From: Planctomycetia bacterium | Lineage (GTDB): Bacteria; Planctomycetota; Planctomycetia; Pirellulales; UBA1268 | DNA length: 64,000 bases | NCBI GenBank assembly: GCA_037129475.1 | Contig: JBAXUY010000004.1 | Span: 2,111 to 66,110, forward strand | Direction of reading: 5' to 3' | Shown here: piece after piece, positions 16,280 to 25,059 of the stretch | Position numbering within the stretch: position 1 is the first letter of the stretch | Layout of the letters: the number at the start of each line of letters is the position of its first letter | Translations under genes and position numbers: made by a program | Notes under the pieces: model-generated | Seen by the model: the letters and a program-made list of their open reading frames with translations, nothing else | What the model was told of the DNA's origin: nothing | Databases searched by the model: none

Positions 16280-17599
16280 TCACTCGGCGTCGTCATACTG
16301 GGCGATGGCCGCTTCCATCAGCATCCGGATGCCCGCCTTCAGCAGCGGCTTGTCGTGGATCCAGGCCGCAAACTCCTCGCCGTGGGCGAGATACGTCTCC
16401 CGCAGCCAGCTTGGAGCCTGCGTCATCAACCAAGCCCTGAAGAGCAGCCAGCGGGGGTTTTCAACTCCATACACCTCGCGGGCCACCCAGCAGGCTCCGA
16501 AGTTGGGGTTGAAGCCGAACGGGAACCGGTTGATCTGCTGCACGGTGCTCGAGCCAAGCAGGGCGAAGCCAAACATCCGCTCGAAGGGCGCCGTCCATTT
16601 TTCGACCAGGGTGTTGAAGGCGATCATGTGGTCCTGGGCGATGAACACGCGGTCGCCCGGCAACACCTGGTAGTTGGTGCCGGTGGCGGCGCCCTTCATG
16701 ATGGCCTCGATGTCCACGGGCAGAATCTGGTCGCAGCCCACGCCCGAGGGCGCCGGCCGCGCGATCCACACATCCTTGCTCGAGAGCCGCGAGAGGCCGT
16801 TGATCTGGGCGATCGCGTCGAGCACGGTCTCGTTGCCGGTCACCGGAAAGCGGGCGATGTTGTCCCCCTGCCCGGCACCTTCCGTGATCACGTAATACAC
16901 CTTCGAGTTGTAGCTGAACACGTCCACGCTCACGAGCGGCGCGTCGAGAAACTTGTCGAGGTGCTTTTCGATCTTTTCCTTCGCCTCTTCGAGCGTCAGG
17001 CCGGTCACGAACACGCTGCCGTAGGTGCCGAGGTTGATCGTGCCGTCGGGGCCCACGAGGTGCTCGCCCGAGATCTGCTGCTGGCCGGCGGCCTGGGCGA
17101 GCGTGAGCGACACCTGCGGCTCCTTGAGCACGCGCTTCAAGTGGCGAAACACGGCGTCTTGCGCCTCTTCGAGCGACTGCCCGCCCACCATCACCTTGCC
17201 ATACGACGGCCCGAGGTCGAGCATCCCGCCCGGCTCCACCACGTAGAGTCCGTTGATCGGCTGTTCGAGGAGCGTGCCCTCCACGATCACCTGCAGCGTG
17301 TCGAAGCTCTGGATGCGGAACGGCGGCTTGGGCACCACGCGGAGCGCGTCGATAAGCAGTATGTCTGGCGGCTCGATCACGTAAGGCGGCAGCGTGATCT
17401 TCGCCAGTTCCTTGGCCGGCATCTTGTCGGGGTCGGGTGGGCACTGCGAGTCGAGCACCGCCTGCTGGGTCACGGCCCGCTGCGGGCGACCAAATGTCTG
17501 GCAGCCCAAGGTGTTCGCCATCGTCGCCAGAAGCAGCATCCACGCGAGCCCCTTGCGGGTGGTTTCGTGCGTCATTGCAGGCAGTTTCGAAACTCGCAT
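16280..17599 (-). CDS. Outer-membrane polysaccharide export (OPX, Wza-like) lipoprotein with an atypical C-terminal extension
   Basis: GGGAGGAG lies 6-7 nt upstream of the ATG at 17599. The lipobox is LATMANTLGC. Poly_export/SLBB-type segments are present: PPYVIEPPDILLIDAL, GEHLVGPDGTINLGTYGSVFVTGLTLEEAKEKIEKHL and NSKVYYVITEG...FPVTGNETVLDAIAQ. Confidence 0.85.
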   Translation of the reverse strand: MRVSKLPAMTHETTRKGLAWMLLLATMANTLGCQTFGRPQRAVTQQAVLDSQCPPDPDKMPAKELAKITLPPYVIEPPDILLIDALRVVPKPPFRIQSFDTLQVIVEGTLLEQPINGLYVVEPGGMLDLGPSYGKVMVGGQSLEEAQDAVFRHLKRVLKEPQVSLTLAQAAGQQQISGEHLVGPDGTINLGTYGSVFVTGLTLEEAKEKIEKHLDKFLDAPLVSVDVFSYNSKVYYVITEGAGQGDNIARFPVTGNETVLDAIAQINGLSRLSSKDVWIARPAPSGVGCDQILPVDIEAIMKGAATGTNYQVLPGDRVFIAQDHMIAFNTLVEKWTAPFERMFGFALLGSSTVQQINRFPFGFNPNFGACWVAREVYGVENPRWLLFRAWLMTQAPSWLRETYLAHGEEFAAWIHDKPLLKAGIRMLMEAAIAQYDDAE

Positions 17600-17805
17600 G
17601 GCAAACTCCTCCCAACCGCTACAGTCGGTTGTCTCGGAGTTATCGGCACAGCCCGCCCGGAAACTTTGCCCGGTTTTCCTCGGCAAATCCTCACAGGCGC
17701 AAGCGGCCAAAACACGTCGTAGAATTGGGGGGTTCCAGTTGGAGCCCAGGCGGGGAACGGCGGCCCACGCCACCCACGAGCCCGGAGTTTGCGCAGTTTC
17801 CGCTC
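17600..17805. promoter_or_regulatory. Divergent promoter region between the OPX gene and the NusG-paralog-led glycan operon
   Basis: This is a 206-nt non-coding gap between divergently oriented starts. No specific boxes were identified. Confidence 0.4.
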
Positions 17806-18369
17806 ATGCCCATCCTGCCCCGGCAACACGATCTTTTCCCGGCCGACCTGCTCGATGCAGACCGCCCCGCCGTCGCACCGTCCGCCCAGTGGCTCGCGTT
17901 CTACACGCTCTCGCGCCGCGAGAAAGATTTGATGCGCAAACTCGAGGCCGTCGGCATACCCTTCTACGCCCCGCTGATCCGGCGGCGGCTCAAATCCCCC
18001 GGCGGCCGCACCCGTGATTCCCACGTGCCCCTCTTTCCCGGCTACGTGTTCTCCTGCGTCGACGACGACCAGCGCCGCGCCGCCCTCGCCACCAACACGG
18101 TCGCCCGCTGGCTCCCGATCACCGACGCAGCCGCCCTGCTCGCCGACCTCCGCGGCATCAAGCAACTCATCGACAGCGACTGTCCGCTCACGCCCGAAGC
18201 CCGGATCGAACCAGGCCAGTTGGTCCGCGTACGAACTGGTGCCCTGCGGGGGCTCGAGGGCACGGTGGTCAGGCGGCACGGCGAGCAGCGGCTCGTGGTG
18301 GCGGTGCGGTTTCTGAATCAGGGCGCTTCGGTGGAACTCGAAGACGTCGACCTGGAGAGACTCTCATGA
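17806..18369 (+). CDS. NusG-paralog transcription antiterminator (RfaH/UpxY/LoaP-like; NGN + KOW)
   Basis: The ATG at 17806 gives MPILPRQHDLF... The NGN-like part is WLAFYTLSRREKDLMRKLEAVGIPFYAPL...VPLFPGYVFS and the KOW-like part is GQLVRVRTGALRGLEGTVV. Its stop overlaps the next gene's start (ATGA, 18366-18369). Confidence 0.75.
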   Translation: MPILPRQHDLFPADLLDADRPAVAPSAQWLAFYTLSRREKDLMRKLEAVGIPFYAPLIRRRLKSPGGRTRDSHVPLFPGYVFSCVDDDQRRAALATNTVARWLPITDAAALLADLRGIKQLIDSDCPLTPEARIEPGQLVRVRTGALRGLEGTVVRRHGEQRLVVAVRFLNQGASVELEDVDLERLS

Positions 18370-20291
18370 ATTTCGTACGGGCCGACAAGATGGTCAGGCG
18401 GCTGTCGAAAAAAGCGGCGATCCTGCTCGTCGTCCATGCGGGCCTGTTCGTGTTTTCGTTTTTCCTCGCCTTTTTCACCCGCAACGACTTCAGCTTCAGC
18501 GGCGACTGGCTGCCGGTGTTTGCCGCCACGGTGGGCGGCGTGGTCGTGCTCAAGCTGATCGTGTTCTACACGCTCGGGCTTTGCCACGTGTCGTGGCGAC
18601 GGGTGTCGTTCGGCGACCTCACGGCGCTACTCTGGGCGGCCACGCTCACGATGCTGATCATGGCCACGATCGACGGCCTCTTCCTCTCGACGGGCCGTAT
18701 TCCCGGCATCAAACGCGTCCCGCGGAGCGTGATCCTGCTCGACTGGGCCTCCACGATCCTGCTCGTGGGCGGCATGCGCACACTGTGGCGGAGTTTCTAC
18801 GAAGAGCTGCGGCCGCTGTTCCATGCCACGCCCGCAACATCGGCCCTCATCATCGGCGCCAGCCAAGCCGGCGAATTGCTCGCCCGCAACCTCAAGACGA
18901 CGTCCAACAGCCCCTACCACATCGTCGGGTTCCTCGACGACGACACGTCGCTCCATGGCAACCGCTTTTCCGGCATCGAGGTGCTCGGCTCGATCGACCG
19001 GGCGAGCATGGAAGTGGCCCGCCGCCGAGTCAAGGAGGTGCTCGTGCAGTCCGGCACGCTCACCGGCAAGCGATTTCGCAGGCTATTCGACGAGTGCGCC
19101 GCAGCCGGTGCCACGGTGAAAGTCATCCCGGCCATCGACGAGCTGCTTGGCGAGAAGAACGGCGACCAGAAGCATGTCCGGCTCCGCGAAGTGGAGATCA
19201 AGGATCTTCTGCGCCGTGAGCCCATCCGGCTCGACGACACGGCGGTCGCCAGGCTCGTCGCCGGCCGCACCGTCATGGTCACGGGCGCCGGCGGCTCGAT
19301 CGGCTCGGAGATCTGCCGGCAGGTGCTCCGTTACCACCCGGCCAAGCTCCTGCTCGTGGAGCGCGGTGAAAACTCGCTGTTCCTCATCGAGCAGGAGTTT
19401 TCCCGGCTGACCCCGCGGCCTGCCTTCGAGCCCCTGATCGCCGACGTCACCGACGAAGACCGCATCGATCAGATCATGGCCGACCACAAGCCGGCGGTCA
19501 TCTTCCATGCAGCGGCCCACAAGCACGTGCCCATGATGGAGTGGAACCCGGCCGAGGCGATCAAGAACAACTGTCTCGGCACGCGCTCGCTCGCGCGGCT
19601 GGCCGACAAGCACGGCGTGGGCGCGTTCGTGTCGATCTCCACCGACAAGGCCGTGCATCCCTCGAGCGTGATGGGCTGCTCCAAGTTGATCGCCGAACGC
19701 TACGTCCAGGCATTCTCGAAGGATTCGCGGACAAAGTTCATCGTGGTGCGGTTCGGCAACGTGCTCGCGAGCAACGGCAGCGTGGTGCCGATCTTCCAGG
19801 AGCAGATCCGCCGCGGTGGGCCGATCACGGTCACGCACCCCGACATCGAGCGGTATTTCATGATGATCCCCGAGGCTTCGCAGCTGGTTCTGCAGGCCGG
19901 CGCCATGGGCGAAGGCGGCGAGATCTTCGTGCTCGACATGGGGGAGAGCGTGAAGATCGTGGATCTGGCCCACGACCTGATCACCCTCTCGGGTCTCGCC
20001 GAAGACGATATCGACATCGAGTTCACCGGCCTGCGCCCCGGCGAGAAGCTCTACGAAGAACTCTATTTCGACGACGAGCGGCGGCTGCCCACGCCGCATC
20101 CGAAGGTGTTTTGCGCGATGCACCGGCCTGCCGAACTGGCCGAGATCGAGGGGGTTCTGGAAGAATTGCGGGAGGTGCTCGACGATCCGCCCGACGAGGT
20201 GCGGCGCCGCCTGAAAAAACTCGTCCCCGAGTACCGCCAGGAGCACGAACGGCAGGAACGCACGAATGCCGAGGTGAAAGTCGATGCATAA
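18366..20291 (+). CDS. Membrane-anchored nucleotide-sugar 4,6-dehydratase (CapD/PglF/WbpM family)
   Basis: 641 aa with N-terminal TM helices followed by Rossmann VMVTGAGGSIGSEICRQV, the FHAAAHKHVPMME motif and VSISTDKAVHPSSVMGCSKLIAE. Confidence 0.9.
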   Translation: MNFVRADKMVRRLSKKAAILLVVHAGLFVFSFFLAFFTRNDFSFSGDWLPVFAATVGGVVVLKLIVFYTLGLCHVSWRRVSFGDLTALLWAATLTMLIMATIDGLFLSTGRIPGIKRVPRSVILLDWASTILLVGGMRTLWRSFYEELRPLFHATPATSALIIGASQAGELLARNLKTTSNSPYHIVGFLDDDTSLHGNRFSGIEVLGSIDRASMEVARRRVKEVLVQSGTLTGKRFRRLFDECAAAGATVKVIPAIDELLGEKNGDQKHVRLREVEIKDLLRREPIRLDDTAVARLVAGRTVMVTGAGGSIGSEICRQVLRYHPAKLLLVERGENSLFLIEQEFSRLTPRPAFEPLIADVTDEDRIDQIMADHKPAVIFHAAAHKHVPMMEWNPAEAIKNNCLGTRSLARLADKHGVGAFVSISTDKAVHPSSVMGCSKLIAERYVQAFSKDSRTKFIVVRFGNVLASNGSVVPIFQEQIRRGGPITVTHPDIERYFMMIPEASQLVLQAGAMGEGGEIFVLDMGESVKIVDLAHDLITLSGLAEDDIDIEFTGLRPGEKLYEELYFDDERRLPTPHPKVFCAMHRPAELAEIEGVLEELREVLDDPPDEVRRRLKKLVPEYRQEHERQERTNAEVKVDA

Positions 20292-21573
20292 TCCCCGCCT
20301 GTCGGTGATCCCCGAGGCCCGCTCGTCGATCGGCGCGGTAGCAGCCGGCATCCGCGTGCCCTTCGTGCGGCCGGCGCTGCCGGCGTTCGAAAACGTCCGC
20401 GAAGCCTACGAGGAGATCCTGCGCGGCGGCCAGCTCACGAAGGGCCGCTACGTGGAGTCGCTCGAGTATGCCCTCGCCAAGCGGCTCGGCGTGCGCCACT
20501 GTGTGGCCGTCAGCAGCTGCACGGTGGGGCTGATGCTCGTCTACAAAGCCCTCGACCTCTCGGCCGGCAGCTGCCGGAGCCGGCGTGGGGGCGCGGAAGG
20601 CTGTGCCGTGGGCGCGATGGAGCAGTTGTCGCGGTTCGGGATGGTGCGGTCGGGCGGCCGCAGCGAGCCGGTCGGCGAGGTGATCATTCCGAGCTTCACG
20701 TTCCTCGCGGCCCCGGCAGCCATCGCGTGGAACAACCTTCGGCCCGTGTTCGTCGATGTCGACATGCATTCGACCAACGTGTCGACGCAGGCCGTGGCCG
20801 CCGCGATCACGCCACGCACCGTCGCGATCGCCGCCTGCCACAACTTCGGCAATCCGTGCGACATGGCGGGGCTCGAGGCGCTCGCCGCCGAGCATTCGCT
20901 GCCGCTGGTGATCGATGCGGCGCATGGGTTTGGCGCTTCGATGCACGGCCGGCCCGTCGGCAAGGGAGGCACGGCGCAGGTGTTCAGCCTGTCGCCCACG
21001 AAATTGCTCGTGGCCGGTGAGGGGGGCATCGTGGCCACCGACTGCGACTGCCTCGCCCACTTCGTCCGTCTCGGCCGCGAATATGGCAACGACGGCTCCT
21101 ACGACGCACTGTTTTCGGGCGTCAACGGCCGCATGCCCGAATTGAGCGCCGCGACGGCCCTCGCGGGCCTCGACATTCTCGACGAGGTGGCCGCCGCACG
21201 CCGGAAGATCGCGGCGTTCTACCGGAACGAGCTCTCCTATCTGCCCGGCGTCGGCTTCGTGGAGGAGGCCCGCGGCGCCCAGTCGAGCCACAAGGATTTT
21301 TCGATCACGATTGATCCAGGAAAGTTCGGCATGTCGCGCGACGCCCTGCGGCGCGTGCTCGCAGATCGCGGCATCGAAACCCGCACGTACTACAATCCGC
21401 CGTGTCATCGCCAGACAGCATTCGAGCATTTTTACGACCGCAGCCGGGCCCTGCCCGTCACGGAGATGCTCTCCGCGCGGAGCCTCTCGCTGCCGCTCGG
21501 GGCCCATGTCGACGAAACGGTGGCGGCGGAGGTGTGCGAGACGATCGCCAACGCGAAGCACGCGCTCTCGTGA
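20284..21573 (+). CDS. DegT/DnrJ/EryC1/StrS-family sugar aminotransferase (PglE-like) with an internal insertion
   Basis: It has VPFVRPALP...LTKGRYVESLEYALAKRLG, the PLP-lysine region FSLSPTKLLVAGEGGIVAT and RGIETRTYYNPPCH. At 429 aa it is longer than is usual for this family. Confidence 0.9.
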   Translation: MHNPRLSVIPEARSSIGAVAAGIRVPFVRPALPAFENVREAYEEILRGGQLTKGRYVESLEYALAKRLGVRHCVAVSSCTVGLMLVYKALDLSAGSCRSRRGGAEGCAVGAMEQLSRFGMVRSGGRSEPVGEVIIPSFTFLAAPAAIAWNNLRPVFVDVDMHSTNVSTQAVAAAITPRTVAIAACHNFGNPCDMAGLEALAAEHSLPLVIDAAHGFGASMHGRPVGKGGTAQVFSLSPTKLLVAGEGGIVATDCDCLAHFVRLGREYGNDGSYDALFSGVNGRMPELSAATALAGLDILDEVAAARRKIAAFYRNELSYLPGVGFVEEARGAQSSHKDFSITIDPGKFGMSRDALRRVLADRGIETRTYYNPPCHRQTAFEHFYDRSRALPVTEMLSARSLSLPLGAHVDETVAAEVCETIANAKHALS

Positions 21574-22631
21574 TCGCCGCTGCGCCTTCCATGCCTCTCA
21601 TCGTCTTCTGGTCGGTGTGGTCGCTCACGGCGCTGATCGCGTCGGCGCTCCTGTCCGCCAAGTTGATCGATTGGGCCGCGGCCCGCGGGGCGGTTGACGT
21701 TCCCAACGCCCGTAGCAGCCACAGCCGGGCCACGCCCCGCGGGGGTGGGCTGGCGATCGTGGCGGTCGCAGCCGTGGCCGGCGCGGTCGTCTGCCTGCTG
21801 CACCCCGAGTCGATTCGGTCCGTTCTCGGCCTGATTCTGCCGGCGCTCGTGATCGCGGCCGTGAGCTGGCTCGACGACGTGCGCTCGCTGCCGAACCGCG
21901 TCCGGTTCGCGGTGCATCTCGGCTGTGCGGCTGCGACCGTGGCAGTTCTGGGGCCGGTGCAGAGCGTCGATCTCGGCTCGTTCGGCACGCTTGATTTCGG
22001 TCCGGCAGCATGGCCGCTCACGCTGCTCTGGATCGTGGGGCTCACGAACGCCTTCAACTTCATGGACGGCATCGATGGCATCGCCGGCATCACGGCGGGG
22101 ATATCCGCGGCGGCGATTGCGGCCGTCGCAGCAGTCGTACAAGCCCCGGCGATCGGGGGCATTGCCGCGGCATGCGCAACGGCATCGTGCGGCTTTCTCA
22201 CCTGCAATTGGCAGCCGGCGAGAATCTTCATGGGCGACGTCGGCAGCGCGTTCTGCGGCTTCGTGCTCGCCGTGCTGCCGCTTGCGTTTCCAGCGCATGC
22301 AGTCCCGACCGCCGTGGCTGTCGCCGCAGCGGCTCTGTGGCCGTTCATTTTCGACACGGCGTACACGATCGTGCGGCGGCTGCGCAAACGGGAAAACATC
22401 TTCCGGGCGCACCGCAGCCATCTCTACCAGCGGCTGGTGATCGCGGGCTGGTCGCACGCGGTCGTGTCGACGCTGTATGGAGTGCTCTCGGCGCTGGCGG
22501 CCGTGTGCGCCGTGGTGCCGCTCATCGCGCCAGAGTGGAGAGCGGCTGCAGATATCGGCGCCGGCGCCACGATCGGTCTCGGGACCGTATTCCTGCTTGC
22601 GCTCGTGTTCGTTTCGGAACAAAATACGTAG
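21570..22631 (+). CDS. Polyprenyl-phosphate HexNAc-1-phosphate transferase (MraY/WecA family, polytopic PGT)
   Basis: It is multi-TM, with VPNARSSHSRATPRGGGLAIV, WLDDVRSLP and NAFNFMDGIDGIAG motifs. The start is either GTG 21570 (GTGA overlap) or ATG 21591. The track ORF start at 21402 lies inside the DegT gene. Its stop TAG lies in a GTAGCGAC repeat head. Confidence 0.85.
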   Translation: MIAAAPSMPLIVFWSVWSLTALIASALLSAKLIDWAAARGAVDVPNARSSHSRATPRGGGLAIVAVAAVAGAVVCLLHPESIRSVLGLILPALVIAAVSWLDDVRSLPNRVRFAVHLGCAAATVAVLGPVQSVDLGSFGTLDFGPAAWPLTLLWIVGLTNAFNFMDGIDGIAGITAGISAAAIAAVAAVVQAPAIGGIAAACATASCGFLTCNWQPARIFMGDVGSAFCGFVLAVLPLAFPAHAVPTAVAVAAAALWPFIFDTAYTIVRRLRKRENIFRAHRSHLYQRLVIAGWSHAVVSTLYGVLSALAAVCAVVPLIAPEWRAAADIGAGATIGLGTVFLLALVFVSEQNT

Positions 22632-22723
22632 CGACAGGCCTCCAGGCCTGTCGGAAAACCACGACTCGCCAGGCCTGGAGGCCTGTCGCCACATACTCGA
22701 CAGGCCTGGAGGCCTGTCGCTAC
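22628..22723. repeat. REP/BIME-like cluster: one forward A unit facing two reverse A units
   Basis: The units are gtagcgacaggcctccaggcctgtcg (22628-22653), cgccaggcctggaggcctgtcgccac (22667-22692) and cgacaggcctggaggcctgtcgctac (22698-22723). The last one ends 3 nt before the next gene's ATG. Confidence 0.9.
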
Positions 22724-22726
22724 ATC

Positions 22727-23347
22727 ATGCTCTACGCCCGATTCATCAAGCGCGGTTGCGACATCGTGGCAGCTGCGGCGATCCTGATCCTCACGCTGCC
22801 GCTGTTCGCGGTCGTGTGGATCGCCGTGCGGATCGCGCTCGGCGCGCCGGTGCTCTACTTCTCCGAGCGGGCCGGCAAGGGCGGTCGCCCGTTCCTGCTC
22901 GCCAAGTTTCGCTCGATGACCAATGCCACCGGCCCCGACGGCACCCTGCTGCCCGACGCCGAGCGGCTCACGCCGTTTGGTCGGTTGCTCCGCCGCACGA
23001 GCCTCGACGAACTGCCCCAACTGTTCAGCGTCCTCACCGGCTCAATGAGCATGATCGGGCCCCGGCCGCTGCCGCTTCGCTACCTTTCCCGGTACTCCCC
23101 TCGGCAGGCCCGCAGGCTCGAAGCGGTGCCCGGGCTCACGGGCTGGGCCCAGATTCATGGCCGGAATTCGCTCGACTGGCCCACCCGGCTGGAGCTCGAC
23201 GTGCAGTATGTCGATATGCTGAATCGCTGGTATGCCCCGCTCCTCGACCTGTGGATCGCCTTGTGCACGGTGGTGCAGCTTGCCTGGCAGGCCCTCACCG
23301 GCCGCGGCATCGCCGCCCCCGGCTCCGCCACGATGACTGAATTGTAG
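22727..23347 (+). CDS. Small monotopic phosphoglycosyl transferase (bacterial sugar transferase, PglC/WbaP C-terminal type)
   Basis: The ATG at 22727 gives MLYARFIKRGCDIVAAAAILILTLPLF... It has KFRSM, the LDELPQLFSVLTGSMSMIGPRP motif and PGLTGWAQI. Confidence 0.9.
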   Translation: MLYARFIKRGCDIVAAAAILILTLPLFAVVWIAVRIALGAPVLYFSERAGKGGRPFLLAKFRSMTNATGPDGTLLPDAERLTPFGRLLRRTSLDELPQLFSVLTGSMSMIGPRPLPLRYLSRYSPRQARRLEAVPGLTGWAQIHGRNSLDWPTRLELDVQYVDMLNRWYAPLLDLWIALCTVVQLAWQALTGRGIAAPGSATMTEL

Positions 23348-23619
23348 TGAATCCCCTCGACGCCATCATCACCGCCATCCGCACCGTGCTTCGCGACACC
23401 GGCCGCGACGCTCGCGAGATCTCCCCCGGGATGCTCCTGGCCGCCGACCTCGGCCTCGACTCGCTCGACCTCGCGCAGACGATCGTGCTCCTCGAGCGTT
23501 CGCTCGGCGTCGATCCGTTTCGGGCACCGGCCGCGACCGCCCCGCGGCCCACGATCCGCACCGTCTCCGATCTCGTCGCCATCTACACAACCGCCCTCGC
23601 TTCCCCCCAATCACCATGA
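23347..23619 (+). CDS. Acyl/peptidyl carrier protein
   Basis: 90 aa with a GTG start sharing 1 nt with the preceding TAG. The phosphopantetheine-site-like motif is DLGLDSLDLAQTIVLLE. It is ATGA-coupled to the downstream ligase. Confidence 0.75.
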   Translation: MNPLDAIITAIRTVLRDTGRDAREISPGMLLAADLGLDSLDLAQTIVLLERSLGVDPFRAPAATAPRPTIRTVSDLVAIYTTALASPQSP

Positions 23620-24980
23620 CCACCGCCGCCAACGCCACCACGATCGCCCACCTCGCCGACGCGCCGGCCGAAGACCGGCTTGCATCGGCCATCGCTCTCG
23701 TCGCCCGCCAGTTCCCCGACCGCACTGCGATCGTCGCAAACGCCGGCGGCGAAGCCCGCCGCGTCATCGACTATGCCACGCTCACCGCCGCGATCGCGAA
23801 GCTCGAAGGCGAACTCGCCGTGGCGCGGCCGGTGGGGATCGTGGCCCGCGCCAAGCGTGTCGAGTCGCTCGTGGTGATCGCCGCAGCCTGTGGCCGGGAG
23901 CATGTGCCGGTGGCGTTCCTCGCCGAGGATGCCCGCGATCTCGTCGGCGAACTCCGCGACTGGGTGCCCCTCGACGACTCGCTCGCGTTGCCCGCCGGGG
24001 CGGCCGCAGGCCCGCGGCGCGAGTTTGAAACCGTGCCGCCGCAGGTGGTCGTGGCCACGAGCGGCACGAGCGGCCCACCGAAGCTCGTCGACCACTCGTG
24101 GGATTCGCTCCTCGCCGCCGCACGGCTGGCCGAGCAGTGGCACGGCCGCGGCTGGCTGCTCGTCTACGACGCCACGCGCTGGGCGGGTCTCCAGGTGTGG
24201 CTCCAGGCGCTGCTCACGGCCGGCCGGCTCGTGGTGCCGGCCTCCCGCGATCCCGATCTCGTGGCCAAGGCGTGCGTCGATGAAGACGTCTCGATCCTGC
24301 CGGCCACGCCCACGCTCCTGCGTCGCCTGATCGCGTCAGGCGACCGTGCAGTGGTCTCCACCATGAAGCTCGACCGGATCACGCTCGGCGGCGAAGCGGC
24401 CGACGCACAGCTTTTGGAGCAGGCCAAGGCGTTGTTTCCGAAGGCAAAAATCACGCATGTCTACGCCACCACGGAACTCGGCGAAGTGTTTCGCGTGACC
24501 GACGGCGAAGCAGGGTTTCCGGTGGAGTGGATCGGCCGGCCGCTGCCGGGGGGCGCGCGACTTTCGATGCGGCGCGACGGCGAGCTGCTCGTGCAGCTCT
24601 CGCGCGACACCGCCGAGGTGGCCACGGGTGATCTCGTGGAGCGGCGTGGCAAGCGGTTCGAGTTCACGGGCCGGCGGAGCGACGTGATCGTGGTGGGCGG
24701 GGCGAAGGTGTTCCCGAAACGCGTCGAGGAGATTCTGCGCGGCGTGCCCGGCATCGCCGATGCGCGGGTCTACGGCCTGCCGAGCGCGATCACAGGCGAG
24801 CTCGTGGCGGCGGAGATCGTGATCCACGAGCCGCTGCCGGCGGGCACCACGCCCGACCAGGTGCGCTCGGCGGCGCTCGCCGTCTGCCGCGAGCGGCTCG
24901 AAGCCCACGGCGTGCCGCGGGTCGTGGACGTCGTCAAGAAGCTCACCCTCACCCCCGCCGGCAAAATCCCCCGCCGCTAA
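23616..24980 (+). CDS. AMP-dependent synthetase/ligase (ANL family; probable acyl-carrier-protein loading enzyme)
   Basis: It has the AMP-binding motif VVATSGTSGPPKLV, YATTELGEV and the C-terminal lysine region PAGKIPRR. Confidence 0.85.
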   Translation: MTTAANATTIAHLADAPAEDRLASAIALVARQFPDRTAIVANAGGEARRVIDYATLTAAIAKLEGELAVARPVGIVARAKRVESLVVIAAACGREHVPVAFLAEDARDLVGELRDWVPLDDSLALPAGAAAGPRREFETVPPQVVVATSGTSGPPKLVDHSWDSLLAAARLAEQWHGRGWLLVYDATRWAGLQVWLQALLTAGRLVVPASRDPDLVAKACVDEDVSILPATPTLLRRLIASGDRAVVSTMKLDRITLGGEAADAQLLEQAKALFPKAKITHVYATTELGEVFRVTDGEAGFPVEWIGRPLPGGARLSMRRDGELLVQLSRDTAEVATGDLVERRGKRFEFTGRRSDVIVVGGAKVFPKRVEEILRGVPGIADARVYGLPSAITGELVAAEIVIHEPLPAGTTPDQVRSAALAVCRERLEAHGVPRVVDVVKKLTLTPAGKIPRR

Positions 24981-24986
24981 CATCCC

Positions 24987-25012
24987 GTAGCGACGGGCCT
25001 CCAGGCCTGTCG
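24987..25012 (+). repeat. Single A-type REP unit
   Basis: The unit is gtagcgacgggcctccaggcctgtcg. Confidence 0.9.
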
Positions 25013-25059
25013 AAACCACCGCCGTCCCCCGAACAGCCGAGCCGACTGTCCCACTTCCC

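Noticed and set aside
17600-17805. Search for an ops/JUMPStart element (GGCGGTAG) that would recruit the NusG paralog.
   Set aside because: No match or close variant was seen in the leader. The nearest GC-rich strings (ggcggggaac) do not fit. Absence of the enterobacterial motif says little about a distant lineage, so no call is made.
16355-22694. Long antisense ORFs opposite the OPX, CapD, DegT and WecA genes (16355..17722 +, 16461..17615 -, 19083..20351 -, 20023..21561 -, 21432..22694 -).
   Set aside because: They have no family motifs, and their composition is dominated by Arg/Gly/His/Pro. Each is fully overlapped by an ORF with strong family signatures.
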